A stretch of DNA of 64,000 nucleotides from Nannocystis bainbridge (GCF_028368995.1 NZ_JAQNDL010000003.1:2944001-3008000), one strand, 5' to 3'. Shown: positions 1 through 10,005, counted from the first letter of the stretch. Numbers and translations: made by a program. The notes: generated by a model from the letters alone, not told the origin.

Positions 1-518
1 GGCGACAGGATCGTCCACGCCGGCAGCAGCCACAATTCGGCCGGGAACGTCGGCACCCAGCTCCACGGGATCGCGTCGGCCATCGCCAGCCACATGCGCA
101 CCGCCGCGTTGGCGCGCTGGGCCCCGCCGAGCTCGTGGACCACCCGGCGCGCCCGCACCAGGTGCTCGGCCGAGGGGTCGTCGCCCGCCTCGACCAGCGC
201 CCACCAGCCGAACACGGTCAGCGACAGGTCGGGCCCCCCGCCCGGCAGGTGCCAGGCGCCCGAGGGCTGCTGGTCGGCGCGGATCCACCGGGCCAGGCCG
301 GCGGCTTCCTCGGGCGAGAGGTCGTGGAACAGGCGATCGGCCAGCAACACCTCGCACGCGAGGCTGATGTCGGGCACACCCAGGGACCAGTGCAGCTCGC
401 TCCCGGCGCGCCCGCTCACCGCCGCCCGCTGCCGCCAAACGGCTGCGCGTGCGAAGACTCGGGCTTGCGCCACTGCCAGCCGCTCGTGGAGCGTCGATTT
501 CGCCGCCGGAGCCGTCAT
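1..518 (-). CDS. Squalene-hopene/triterpene cyclase-like protein, N-terminal part (runs off window start)
   Basis: Manual translation from ATG at 518: ...WIRADQQPSGAWHLPGGGPDLSLTVFGWWALVEAGDDPSAEHLVRARRVVHELGGAQRAN...IPWSWVPTFPAELWLLP. This matches the QW-repeat N-terminal pattern of squalene-hopene cyclases. Not in the ORF track. Confidence 0.75.
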   Translation of the reverse strand, partial: MTAPAAKSTLHERLAVAQARVFARAAVWRQRAAVSGRAGSELHWSLGVPDISLACEVLLADRLFHDLSPEEAAGLARWIRADQQPSGAWHLPGGGPDLSLTVFGWWALVEAGDDPSAEHLVRARRVVHELGGAQRANAAVRMWLAMADAIPWSWVPTFPAELWLLPAWTILS

Positions 519-701
519 GAGGCGGCGCCGACGCTAGCACGCGGGCCCCAGCCACCTGGTGATGCCCGTCACAGGCAAACCGCCGCGCCGACGCCATCCA
601 CGCGCCTGCGCAGCCGGCGCCAAGCTCGTTTGCAGCCCGTCCGCGCGGCCCGCGGCGAACCTGCTTGCGACCCGGCGCTCGGGTTTGCAACACTGGCGGC
701 G

Positions 702-1334
702 ATGTCCCGCCTCTCGCTCACCGCCGTTCTCGGCCTCTGCACCACCAGCGCTCTCTTCCTGTCCGCCTGCAAGGAGGAAGCAGCGGAGGAGTTCGGCTTC
801 ACCTGCGTGGAGCTGATCCAGGCCCAGAACCAGGAGGAGAACCCCTTCCTCGGCACCGCCCAGATCAAGGTCACCCTCAAGTACGAGCAGTGCCTGATCG
901 ACTACTACACCAAGACCAACACCGACCAGGCGATGAACGGCAAGGACGGCGAGGCCGTGTTCGGCGAGTGGGCCGATCGCCTGTGCAGCGAGAGCGTGTC
1001 CGACTCGCTGGTCGCCTGCGAGGTCGAGAGCTTCGCGCAGACGCTGCAGCCGTCCGAGAACAACCCGATCTTCCAGATGACGGTGACCTACCGCGTCACC
1101 GACCCGAGCAAGGTCAACAGCCGCACGCTGCTGTGGGGCCCCGGCCCGGTCCAGGCCTACGCCGACTGCTCCGGCGCCCTCAAGCCGTTCGTCAAGCTGA
1201 CCTTGCCCTCCGACGTCATCGGCATCGACAAGGACGGCAAGACCATCTGGAACGCCCAGTCGTGGAGCAACCCCCGCGGCATCATGCAGCGCAACACCGC
1301 CGGCTGCATCCAGGCCTCGATCGCCCGCCAGTGA
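702..1334 (+). CDS. Hypothetical lipoprotein
   Basis: MSRLSLTAVLGLCTTSALFLSAC lipobox; strong GC3 codon bias. Confidence 0.8.
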   Translation: MSRLSLTAVLGLCTTSALFLSACKEEAAEEFGFTCVELIQAQNQEENPFLGTAQIKVTLKYEQCLIDYYTKTNTDQAMNGKDGEAVFGEWADRLCSESVSDSLVACEVESFAQTLQPSENNPIFQMTVTYRVTDPSKVNSRTLLWGPGPVQAYADCSGALKPFVKLTLPSDVIGIDKDGKTIWNAQSWSNPRGIMQRNTAGCIQASIARQ

Positions 1335-1344
1335 GCCGCCGGCC

Positions 1345-2337
1345 ATGACGCTCCGGCGCGTGGCCCTCACGGCCGCCCTGGCGTGCAACCCTCCGGCGAG
1401 CAGCGACCCGGCCCCCGTGGCCCCGGTCGAAGCCGCCCCGCCGGAGCCCACCTGCGAGGAACCCCCGCCCGGCACTCTCGCCTGGCTCGCCGAGCTCGCG
1501 GCCCCGGCCGCCGAAGCCCGGCGAGCCGTCGCGCCGCCTCGCGCCCCGACGCCCGACGATCCGCGCCCCGACGTCCCGCCGGGAAGCAGCGAGTCGACTG
1601 CGCGAAGCAGCGAGTCGACAACGCGAAGCGCCGAGTCCACTGCGCGCAGCGCCGAGTCCACTGCGCGAAGCAGCGAGCCCCGCAACGATTCCCCGACCCG
1701 CAATGATTCGCCGGCCCGCGGATCATCCCCCGGCCGCAACCCCGGTGAGCCCACGGTCGGCGAGCCGCCTGCCCGATCGGTCATGCCCGATCGGACATGT
1801 CCCTGGGTACTTTTTAAAACCGACGAGGGCCCGCTCGCCGTGCGCCCGCTCGGCCGCGGCGAGGCTGCCCCGCCGCACGTGCGCGCCCCCGTGCCCGTCG
1901 TCCCGCCGGCAGCTTGCCGCCCGTGTCGCTGGTCCGGCGTCGTCACCCCGGTCGGCCCGATCCTCCTCGCCGTGCGCCCCTCCGCCGACAGCGAGCTCGC
2001 CGCCGAGGCGTGGATCGGCGCCGGCATGCCGCCCTCGCCGCGCGTCGATGTCGAGCCCGCCCCTCTCGTGTTCGCCCCGCTGTGGTTCGGCCAACCTGGC
2101 TTTGGGGACAGCACCCTCCAGGGTCCCGCGTGGGCCCTCGCCCCGCGCCTGTGCGGCCGCGAGCTGGTCCTGCTGCCCACCCCGCGCCTCCCCGGCGCCG
2201 GCGCCGAGGAGCCCCCGCCCGCCCTCGTCCGCGCCGCTGGCGTCTACGCCGCCGCCGGCAGCGAGCTCCTGCGCCAGGACGTACCTATCCCTTCGGACAT
2301 GTCCAATTGCACAGCCATCCCGCTCGAGCTGCCCTGA
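1345..2337 (+). CDS. Hypothetical Pro-rich lipoprotein with internal SESTARS repeats
   Basis: LAC lipobox; starts 10 bp after the previous stop. Confidence 0.65.
   Translation: MTLRRVALTAALACNPPASSDPAPVAPVEAAPPEPTCEEPPPGTLAWLAELAAPAAEARRAVAPPRAPTPDDPRPDVPPGSSESTARSSESTTRSAESTARSAESTARSSEPRNDSPTRNDSPARGSSPGRNPGEPTVGEPPARSVMPDRTCPWVLFKTDEGPLAVRPLGRGEAAPPHVRAPVPVVPPAACRPCRWSGVVTPVGPILLAVRPSADSELAAEAWIGAGMPPSPRVDVEPAPLVFAPLWFGQPGFGDSTLQGPAWALAPRLCGRELVLLPTPRLPGAGAEEPPPALVRAAGVYAAAGSELLRQDVPIPSDMSNCTAIPLELP
1585..1676 (+). repeat. 21-bp coding tandem repeat (S/AESTARS, about 4 copies)
   Basis: agcagcgagtcgactgcgcga-like units. Confidence 0.8.
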
Positions 2338-2764
2338 GCCGCGTCTGACCGGGCGAACCAGCACCCTGCGACCGCGATCTCGTTCGTGGCGCCGGACCCG
2401 ACGACATCGCCGAGTCGGCCGATGAGCGAGGCCGTTCCCGCGCGGAGTTGTTTCCGCGCGGAAACAGTGCCCTCGGCGCCAATAAACACTCGGGTACGCG
2501 TTCATTCGATCGCCGCAATCGATTCGTCGCTCGCGCGAGAATCGAGCCCCGATCGGCACAGGCTGGGCTCGAATCCAGATCGCTCGTCCGATGACTCCTG
2601 GGCGGGTTTCGTTCGGGAGGCCCGCACGAGGTCCTCGACGTGCTCGACGCCGCAGTCGACACCTCCGCCCGGGTATGTCCATACGCTGCTACCCCTGCGT
2701 CCGAATTTTGACAGATGTCGGCGCCTCTCCGTAAGTTGTCATCCAATACCCTCGAGGCTCAGCC

Positions 2765-4471
2765 ATGCTCGAAATCGTATCTTTCGATCCGCCGATGAGG
2801 GTTCAATTCACGGCGGTATCGGGCCCTCTCCAGGCGTTCGCCGCCCAGTACCTGAGCCCGCAGCACCGGCTCGCGCTTCGACGCATTGTCGAATCCAGCG
2901 AGGTCATCACCGTCACCTCCGATGACTTCTTGCGCCTGATCGAGCTCGTCACCTACCCGTCCATCCCACGCAGGATGGACTTTCCTCTCGACGAGCGCGG
3001 AAACAATCGCGCGCTGACGATCATCGAGACGAACCTGTCGCTCAACCCCTTCTTCACCGAGGCGTACGCGCTCGACGAATTGGACAAGGTCGTCGCCTAC
3101 GCGCTCAAGGCCGGGATCTTGGAGCCGAGTTTTCTGTCTCTGAAGCTCACTTTCCACGACGTCCCGGGGAGATCCACGAGTGGCTGGACCAACGCGCGGA
3201 GCTTCATCGGGGACGAGCTTTATCCGCGGCTCGCCAAGAAATACTACAAGAGCGACCGATTGCTCGCCAAGGTCTATACACGCTCTGTCGAGGCCCCCCA
3301 GCACTACCTCCATTACCGCAGGAGGTTCCTCGAGCCCAGCGGTTCGAACGAGCCGACCCGCCGCGGGCGGCGGGAGATCACCCCGCTCGTCGTGCCGTCC
3401 ATGAACCAGTTCGGGATCCTGTCGCCGAGCACGGAGCTGGCGCGCGGCTCTCCCGACTTCACCGTCCCCACGGGCCTCGTACGGCGCATGCCTGGCAAGC
3501 TGATGTTCCTCCCGCCGTCCGAGGACGACGAGGGGCTGCAGAACTGGGCCGAGCGGAAGCGCCGCAAGTTCGGCTTCCCCTTCGTCGCCGGGCCGTCGGG
3601 CAGCATGGCTTACGACCTTGCGGTCTATCACTACTACCTCGAGCACGCCCGGGGCCTGCGCGTGAGCGACAGCGAATTCAGCGACAAGATGCTGAGGTTC
3701 GGGGTCTCCCGCGCGATCGCGTACGTCAAATACGGGCACCATAGCTTCTACGAGTCGCTCGTCCCGCTCATGGATCTGATCGGAGGCGCCGCGTTCACGG
3801 ACCCCGATGCGCTCTATCGATTCATCGTTCCCTACGTCGAGATGGGCCAGCGAAGCGGCAGGACCTACAGCCGCAGCCTCGTGCGATTGAAGGTCGCGCC
3901 GCACGTGGTGCACTGGGACTCCTATCTCTACGACTGGTACGACTGGCGCAGCTACAAGCCGGGCAACTACAAGCCGTGGACGATCACGAAGGGGCCGCTC
4001 GGGCTGAATGGAGGGGCGATCGCGCCGGGACGGTACATCTACGTCGTCCTCGCCACGGACCGCACCGTCCGCTACCTGCCGACAGAAGCCCATACCCACG
4101 AGCAGTACCGGTCGCACTCGCAGCTCGCCGGCGGGCTCAGTGTGTACGCCGCGGGCTATTTCGAGGTGGGCCTGGGCGACAAGCTCGTCGAGATCGACAA
4201 CAGCTCCGGACACTACAAGCCCGATGCGGCCACGATCCCTTATGCGGTCATGCTCATGGAGAAGCTGGGCTTCGACATCGAGGGCGTCAACGTGAGGGCT
4301 CACGTGATGAACGCCGCCGATATCAAGCTCTTCGCCTGGGCGCTCCAGCAGGCGAAGACGACCTTTCGCATCTCGATCGGCTGGGTCAAGTACGTCACGA
4401 GATTGAACAAGGGCCGCACGAGAAGCTTTCCGACACCGCCGTCGAATCTCCTCCAGTACATGCCGTACTGA
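2765..4471 (+). CDS. Toxin/effector-like protein with an S-HxxxE segment and a C-terminal NSSGHYKP domain
   Basis: 568-aa ORF with atypical codon usage; motifs PFVAGPSGS...YGHHSFYE and HSQLAGG..VYAAG...IDNSSGHYKP. Confidence 0.7.
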   Translation: MLEIVSFDPPMRVQFTAVSGPLQAFAAQYLSPQHRLALRRIVESSEVITVTSDDFLRLIELVTYPSIPRRMDFPLDERGNNRALTIIETNLSLNPFFTEAYALDELDKVVAYALKAGILEPSFLSLKLTFHDVPGRSTSGWTNARSFIGDELYPRLAKKYYKSDRLLAKVYTRSVEAPQHYLHYRRRFLEPSGSNEPTRRGRREITPLVVPSMNQFGILSPSTELARGSPDFTVPTGLVRRMPGKLMFLPPSEDDEGLQNWAERKRRKFGFPFVAGPSGSMAYDLAVYHYYLEHARGLRVSDSEFSDKMLRFGVSRAIAYVKYGHHSFYESLVPLMDLIGGAAFTDPDALYRFIVPYVEMGQRSGRTYSRSLVRLKVAPHVVHWDSYLYDWYDWRSYKPGNYKPWTITKGPLGLNGGAIAPGRYIYVVLATDRTVRYLPTEAHTHEQYRSHSQLAGGLSVYAAGYFEVGLGDKLVEIDNSSGHYKPDAATIPYAVMLMEKLGFDIEGVNVRAHVMNAADIKLFAWALQQAKTTFRISIGWVKYVTRLNKGRTRSFPTPPSNLLQYMPY

Positions 4472-4665
4472 CGCGAAAGCCGTGGCGACCGCCTGGCAAA
4501 GCGCCCGAGTTCTGGCGTCTACAGGCGACGCTCCGCGAAGCGCCCCCCCTCGAACTTCGGACCTCAAGACCCCCACGCCCCACAAACGCCGTAAACCCGA
4601 TCGCACATGCCCCTGAGGACAGATCGCGCCCCGCCACTCTCGAGGAGCCCGCGTATACTCCGAGC

Positions 4666-5634
4666 ATGAAGTATCGCTTGCACTTGTGTTTCGCGCTCTC
4701 GCTCGCCTGCAGCCCCAAGTCCGCCGAAGAATCCACCGACACCCAGAGCACCACCGGCGGCACCATCGGCACCAGCGGCGACGGCCCCGTCACCATGGGT
4801 CACAGCCAGACCTCTGCCAACCCCAGCGAGCCCGTCACCACCAGCCTCGGTCAGACCGTCACCACCTTCCCGACCACCGAGGCCACCACCGTCTCCCCGA
4901 CCACCGAGGGCAGCGCCACCGACGGCGATCCCAGCGACACCTTCCCGACCTCTGCCACCACTGACGTCATCTCGACCTCCTCCACCCCCGACTTCACCAC
5001 CACCGGCTCCCCCTGCATCGACCCGCTCGACCAGCCACAGAGCGCACCCTGCAACGACGCCAGCGGCTGCGGCTGTCAGACCGGCCGGTGCTTCGTCGTC
5101 CCCGCTCTCGGCGGCTTCTGCGGCGAGTGCCTCGTCGACGCCGACTGCCCCGAGGGCGGCTGCACCGTGCCCAACCCTGTCGTCGGCGTCGGCGCCCTTT
5201 GCAACACGGGCAAGGCCGGCGACGGCTGCCAGAGCGACACCGTCTGCTTCGACGCCCCCGCCAACGACTGCGGCGTCGTCCTCGAGGTCCCCGGCATCAT
5301 CAAGGTCGCCACCTGCGGCGAGTGCGAGGCCGACGTCGACTGCCCGGCCCAGGCCCCTCACTGCACCCCGGACTACGACATCGCCGGCTTCACCGGCCAG
5401 AAGAAATGCAAGGCCCCCGACTCGGTCCCCCTCGACAGCGGCTGCGACCACGACGGCTCGGGCGACCTCGCCTGCGCCTCCGGCTTCTGCGGCGAGGCCA
5501 CGATCATGAACCTCCTCTTCCTCGGCATCTGCGGCCAGTGCAACAGCGACGCCGACTGCCCCATCGGCCAGCAGTGCAGCGAGCCCGCCGTCGACCTCGA
5601 CATGGGCCTGCTGTTCGGCTCGGTGTGCCTGTGA
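4666..5634 (+). CDS. Thr-rich, Cys-rich lipoprotein
   Basis: MKYRLHLCFALSLAC lipobox, Thr/Ser linker, repeated CxxDxDC motifs. Confidence 0.85.
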   Translation: MKYRLHLCFALSLACSPKSAEESTDTQSTTGGTIGTSGDGPVTMGHSQTSANPSEPVTTSLGQTVTTFPTTEATTVSPTTEGSATDGDPSDTFPTSATTDVISTSSTPDFTTTGSPCIDPLDQPQSAPCNDASGCGCQTGRCFVVPALGGFCGECLVDADCPEGGCTVPNPVVGVGALCNTGKAGDGCQSDTVCFDAPANDCGVVLEVPGIIKVATCGECEADVDCPAQAPHCTPDYDIAGFTGQKKCKAPDSVPLDSGCDHDGSGDLACASGFCGEATIMNLLFLGICGQCNSDADCPIGQQCSEPAVDLDMGLLFGSVCL

Positions 5635-5680
5635 GCCTCGCGCGAGCGCGCCCCTCGCCGACCCGCGCTATCCTGCAGGC

Positions 5681-6625
5681 ATGACCCGCGACGACCCCGA
5701 AACGCCGTCCTCGACCGGACCCAGCGCTCGGCGCCCGCTCGAGCCCTCGCCCGCCGGCGACGACCTCGGCGCCCTGTCCCAGCAGCGGCCGCTCGCGGCC
5801 CCGCCAGCCCGTGGCGGCCCCGCCGCCACGCTCGACGAGCAGCGGCTCGCCCCTTCGCCTCCCGGTGACGTCGGCCCCCTCGCCACCCCGCCCATCACCG
5901 ACGACATCCGCGTCGCCCTCGAAGAGCAGCGCCCGCCCGACAAACAGGACCTCCTCGCCACCCCTCCCATCACCGACAACATCGCCGCCACCCTCGCCGA
6001 GCAGCGCCCTCCCGAGGAGAAGGACCTCCTCGCCACCCCGCCCATCCGCGACGACATCGCCGCCGTGCTCGAAGAGCAGCGCCCGCTCGACGCCTCGCCC
6101 GGCGGCGACCTCGGCGCCCCGCCCGTCGCCGAGACATGGCGTCCGCTCACCACCCCGCCTCCCAGCGAGCGGGACAACGAGCTCATGCGCGACCCGCCGC
6201 CTGGCGAGCACCACCTCGGCCGCTTCGCCGGCTACGGCGCCGCCAACCGCGTCCGCCGCATCCTGATCGCCTGCCTCTCCGTCCTCGTCGTCGCCACCGT
6301 GTTCGTCTGGTACGGCTGGGCTCGCCAGCGCCCCGAGCCCACGACGACCCTGCGCCAGTTCGAGCTCCCGGCCGGCACCGACACCTCCGACCGCCCGCGC
6401 GTGCTCGCCTGGTCGCAGGGCAAGGCGCGCCTCGGCCTCACCCGCGCGCCCCCCGGCGTCGACACCATCGAGCTGCCCGACCGCACCCTCAAGCTCAAGG
6501 ACGGCTCCGACATGGCCCAGTTCAAGGTCGTCGTCGAGGACGGCAAGACCACCGCGCTGGATCTGGTCTCCGGCGAGATCGTGGAGATCCTTCACCCCGG
6601 CGCGACCCCGCTGCTGCAGCCATGA
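5681..6625 (+). CDS. Hypothetical single-pass membrane protein with 25-aa N-terminal repeats
   Basis: LATPPIxDxI..LxEQRP repeats; TM segment ILIACLSVLVVATVFVWYGW. Confidence 0.75.
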   Translation: MTRDDPETPSSTGPSARRPLEPSPAGDDLGALSQQRPLAAPPARGGPAATLDEQRLAPSPPGDVGPLATPPITDDIRVALEEQRPPDKQDLLATPPITDNIAATLAEQRPPEEKDLLATPPIRDDIAAVLEEQRPLDASPGGDLGAPPVAETWRPLTTPPPSERDNELMRDPPPGEHHLGRFAGYGAANRVRRILIACLSVLVVATVFVWYGWARQRPEPTTTLRQFELPAGTDTSDRPRVLAWSQGKARLGLTRAPPGVDTIELPDRTLKLKDGSDMAQFKVVVEDGKTTALDLVSGEIVEILHPGATPLLQP

Positions 6626-6669
6626 CCTCGAGGACATGTCCCTCGAGGCGTGTCCCTGAGAACATCCTC
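6618..6669. repeat. 14-bp-phased RRRCATGYYY palindrome array (4 units)
   Basis: Cores at 6621, 6635, 6649, 6663; convergent junction. Confidence 0.8.
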
Positions 6670-7654
6670 AAGGCGCCAGGATCGCCGCCAGCTCCGCCGG
6701 CCAGGGCGCCGTGAACTGCACCATCTCGCGGGACTGCGGGTGCGGCAGCGTCAGCCCGGCGGCGTGCAGCGCGTGGCGTTGCAGCCCGAGCTCCGCCCCC
6801 AGCTCCGCCAGCTTCTTCCCGCCCTCGACCACCTTTAAAAACTCTTCCTCCGGCAGCCCGTACAGCTTGTCGCCGACCACCGCGTGCCCGATCTCCGCCA
6901 GGTGCACCCGGATCTGGTGCTGCCGCCCCGTCTCCGGCAGCGCCTCCACCAGCGTCACCGGCTTCTCTCTAAAGACTCCGTGGCGCAGCGGGCGGACCGT
7001 CGTCGCTGCTGGCAGCCCCCCGTCCGCCACCGGCACCGGCCCGATCTTGATCCGGATCTTCGACCCGATCGCGAACCCCAGTGACATGTCGATACGGACA
7101 TGTTCTTCGAGACAGCCGTGAACCAGCGCCAGGTACGACTTGCGGACCTCGCGGCCGAGGAACGCCTTCTTGAGCGCCGTCGCCGAGCCGCCGCGGCGGC
7201 CGAACACCATCACCCCTGACGTCTCGCGGTCGAGGCGGTGGGCCATGTCCCAGCCGTGGCCCGGGCCCAGGCGGTCGCGCAGCACCTGCGTCAGCGTGTG
7301 GCGGTGATAGCTCGCCGACGGGTGCACTGGCAGACCGGCCGGCTTGTCGATCACCAGCAGCGCCTCGTCGCGGTAGATCTCCCGGAAGTCGAGCACCACC
7401 TCCGGCTCACGCGGCGCCGGCCGTCGGATCACCAGCGCCTCGCCCGCGCGCACTCGCTGCGACGCGCGCAGCAGCACCTCGCCGGTGTCGGCGCGGCGGA
7501 CCTGGCCGTTGTCGACGATCGTCTGCACCCGCGTGCGCGACAGTCGGGCGATCCGGCTCGACAGGAAGCGATCGAGGCGAAAGCCGTCGCGGCCCGGGTC
7601 GACGACCAGCGGGATCTCGATGAACTCCTCCGGCGGCTCGCTCACCGCGGACAT
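6668..7654 (-). CDS. rluD: RluA/RluD family 23S rRNA pseudouridine synthase
   Basis: N-terminal S4 domain; DKPAGLPVHP, HRLDRETSG, TGRQHQIRVH, GDKLYG motifs. Confidence 0.9.
   Translation of the reverse strand: MSAVSEPPEEFIEIPLVVDPGRDGFRLDRFLSSRIARLSRTRVQTIVDNGQVRRADTGEVLLRASQRVRAGEALVIRRPAPREPEVVLDFREIYRDEALLVIDKPAGLPVHPSASYHRHTLTQVLRDRLGPGHGWDMAHRLDRETSGVMVFGRRGGSATALKKAFLGREVRKSYLALVHGCLEEHVRIDMSLGFAIGSKIRIKIGPVPVADGGLPAATTVRPLRHGVFREKPVTLVEALPETGRQHQIRVHLAEIGHAVVGDKLYGLPEEEFLKVVEGGKKLAELGAELGLQRHALHAAGLTLPHPQSREMVQFTAPWPAELAAILAP
7082..7119. repeat. 14-bp-phased palindrome array inside the rluD-like CDS
   Basis: tgacatgtcg atac ggacatgttc ttcg agacag; cores at 7085, 7099, 7113. Confidence 0.65.
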
Positions 7655-7671
7655 GCTATTCTCGCCCGCAT

Positions 7672-8301
7672 ATGACCGAACCTGGTCCCAAGCCGACGAC
7701 CGCGAGTTCGCCCGAGTCCGCCCAGGGTGGCGCGCTGTGGGCGCTGATCGTGGGCGGTGCGATCCTCGTGGTCGCGGCGCTCCTCATCTTCTGGCCCGGC
7801 GGTGATACGACGGGCGGCGCGGCCGGGTCCGGCGGCAAGGGTCGGGGTGGCGGCGCCGGCCAGCAGGCCAGCCTCGCCCAGAGCGGCGGCGGCCCCGAGG
7901 CGCACGCGCTGGGCGTCGGCGCCCGCGAGTTCGACCCGCACCGCGGCAACGGCAAGGCCCGCGTCAACCCGGCCTTGCTCCCGGTCGGGCCCAAGTCCGA
8001 CTCGCTCGCCCCGCCGAAGAAGCCCAAGCCCGAGCCGACCAGCTTCCCCAGCGCCGCCGCCGAGATCGGCTACTGGGAGAAGAAACTCGACATCGCCCGC
8101 AAGGACCTGACCCAGCGCGGGGTCTTCCTCGAGCGGCTGAAGAAGGTCAAGGAGAACGCCCGCACCTCCGACCAGATCGAGCTCGCCGAGAAGCGCGGCG
8201 TGGTCGTCGAGAAGAACTACGCCGACCAGCAGAAGCTCGTCGAGGACCTCGAGAAGAAGGTCACCGGCCTCAAAGAGAAGCAGCGCCAGTCCGGCCTGTG
8301 A
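7672..8301 (+). CDS. Hypothetical membrane-anchored coiled-coil protein
   Basis: N-terminal TM segment, Lys/Glu-rich helical C-terminus. Confidence 0.8.
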   Translation: MTEPGPKPTTASSPESAQGGALWALIVGGAILVVAALLIFWPGGDTTGGAAGSGGKGRGGGAGQQASLAQSGGGPEAHALGVGAREFDPHRGNGKARVNPALLPVGPKSDSLAPPKKPKPEPTSFPSAAAEIGYWEKKLDIARKDLTQRGVFLERLKKVKENARTSDQIELAEKRGVVVEKNYADQQKLVEDLEKKVTGLKEKQRQSGL

Positions 8302-8311
8302 CCCGCCGCGG

Positions 8312-8377
8312 TCGCCTGTCCTTCGTGACAGGTCCCAAGGGGCATGCTCCTCCGAGCATGCCCCTTCGCGCATGTCC
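8312..8377. repeat. 14-bp-phased palindrome array (5 units)
   Basis: Cores at 8315, 8329, 8343, 8357, 8371; convergent junction. Confidence 0.85.
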
Positions 8378-8395
8378 GAACAGCCAGTCATCGCG

Positions 8396-9052
8396 CTACT
8401 CGGGCAGCAGCAGCCCCAGCGCGGCCGCCCGCTCGATCCGCAGGTCGGCGTAGGGTCGGTCCCAGCGCGGCGACGCGGCCGGGTCCCACGCCTCGACCGG
8501 CAGCAGCCCGCCGGCGGCCAGGTCGGCCAGCAGCAGCGCCTCGGCCTCGGGCTCGCGCGAGAACGGGAACGGGTTGCGCACCTGTCCTTCGGGCAAGCTG
8601 GGGTACACCGCGTCGTCGTCGGCGATCAGCTGCTCGAGCTCGCGGGCGCGGCGCTCCTGATGATCGATGAAGGCCGGCGCGAACGGCCCGACCCCGGCCC
8701 GCTCCTCCGGCTCGCGCCCGATCCACTTGGCCCAGTCGTAACCGTAGAGGAAATCGTGCACGTAGCGGAACCGGATCACCGTCGCCTGGCCGTAGAGCGC
8801 CTGCAGCCCGGCGATCTGGCGCCCCAGGGCCGCCCGCTCGCCCGGCCCCGCGCGCAGCAGCTCGGCCGCCAGCAGCTCCGTGTCCCAGAAGATATTGGCG
8901 GGGAACGCCGCCGCCGACGCCGCCTCGATCTCGCGCAGCGTCGCCAGCAGCTCGGGGGCCGCCGGCGCGCCCGCGGCCACCAGGGCGACGACCTCCTCCG
9001 GGCTGCGGCTGCGCGCGCGCGACGGGTCGAGCGAGCGCCCCGGCCAGCTCAC
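8396..9052 (-). CDS. Hypothetical protein (FRYVHDFLYGYDWAKW motif)
   Basis: GTG start overlaps the upstream stop (GTGA); globular sequence with good codon bias. Confidence 0.7.
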   Translation of the reverse strand: MSWPGRSLDPSRARSRSPEEVVALVAAGAPAAPELLATLREIEAASAAAFPANIFWDTELLAAELLRAGPGERAALGRQIAGLQALYGQATVIRFRYVHDFLYGYDWAKWIGREPEERAGVGPFAPAFIDHQERRARELEQLIADDDAVYPSLPEGQVRNPFPFSREPEAEALLLADLAAGGLLPVEAWDPAASPRWDRPYADLRIERAAALGLLLPE

Positions 9053-10002
9053 GCCCACCCCGCCAGGCGCAGCAGCACCAGCGCCAGCGCCAGCGCCAGC
9101 GACGCGCCCCAGATCAGCCGGTGCAGCGCGGTCTTGTAGCGGCCCTGGGCCTTGAAGCAGCCGGTCAGCGCGTGCGGGCTCTCGCGGGTCAGCGCCCGCC
9201 ACGGCAGCGCCGCCGCCAGCACCGCGATCTGCACCGGGATCAGCGGGAACTCGCCGCCGCTGGCTCGCACCGCGAACATCCAGGCGATAAGGCCGGCGAA
9301 CGCCGCCGACTCGGCCGCCCGGCGCGCGACCCGGTTGCCGTACATCGTCGTCAGCGTCGCTTTGCCACCGCGGCGGTCGCTCTCCTCGTCGGACAGCCCG
9401 CTCGCCGCCGCCGACGCGAACGCCAGCAGCGCCAGCCCCGGCAGCGCCCAGCCGTACCACGGCGACACCAGCTCGCCGCTCTGGGCGTACGCGCTCCACC
9501 ACGGCACCAGCACCCCGACCCCGAGCGCCTCGACGAACTCGCCGGCCCCGCGGTCGTTGAGCCGCAGCGGCGGCGCCGAGTAGGCCAGCAGCAGCCCGAG
9601 CCCGGTCACCGCCCCGAGCATCAGCCCTGGCCGCCCCGGCAGGAACAGCTCGCCGCCCAGCGCCACCGCCAGCGCCATGACCCCGAAGCCCGCGCCCGCC
9701 AGCAGCACGCTCTCGGCCGGCAGGATCGCGTCGGGGATCGTCTTCGGCGAGCCCGCCTCGGGGAACATGCGCCGCTTCAGCGCGTCGACGTCGGCGTCGA
9801 ACCAGTCGTTGAGCAGCACCACGTAGATCGTGGCGAACACCGCGAACGTCAGGCCGACGACCGCGGCGGCGAAATCAAATGTCCCCGAGGACATGGCCCC
9901 GAGGACCTGTCCCAAGATCGCAGGAGCCAGCACCTTGGGCCAGCTCGCCGGTTTGACCGCGTGGAGCCACCGGCGCAGCGGCGAGGCGAAGGCCGGGTGC
10001 AT
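9049..10002 (-). CDS. UbiA/MenA family prenyltransferase
   Basis: NDWFDADVD and DEESDRRGGKATL Asp-rich motifs, YSAPPLRL, multiple TM segments. Confidence 0.9.
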   Translation of the reverse strand: MHPAFASPLRRWLHAVKPASWPKVLAPAILGQVLGAMSSGTFDFAAAVVGLTFAVFATIYVVLLNDWFDADVDALKRRMFPEAGSPKTIPDAILPAESVLLAGAGFGVMALAVALGGELFLPGRPGLMLGAVTGLGLLLAYSAPPLRLNDRGAGEFVEALGVGVLVPWWSAYAQSGELVSPWYGWALPGLALLAFASAAASGLSDEESDRRGGKATLTTMYGNRVARRAAESAAFAGLIAWMFAVRASGGEFPLIPVQIAVLAAALPWRALTRESPHALTGCFKAQGRYKTALHRLIWGASLALALALVLLRLAGWA

Positions 10003-10005
10003 GCG

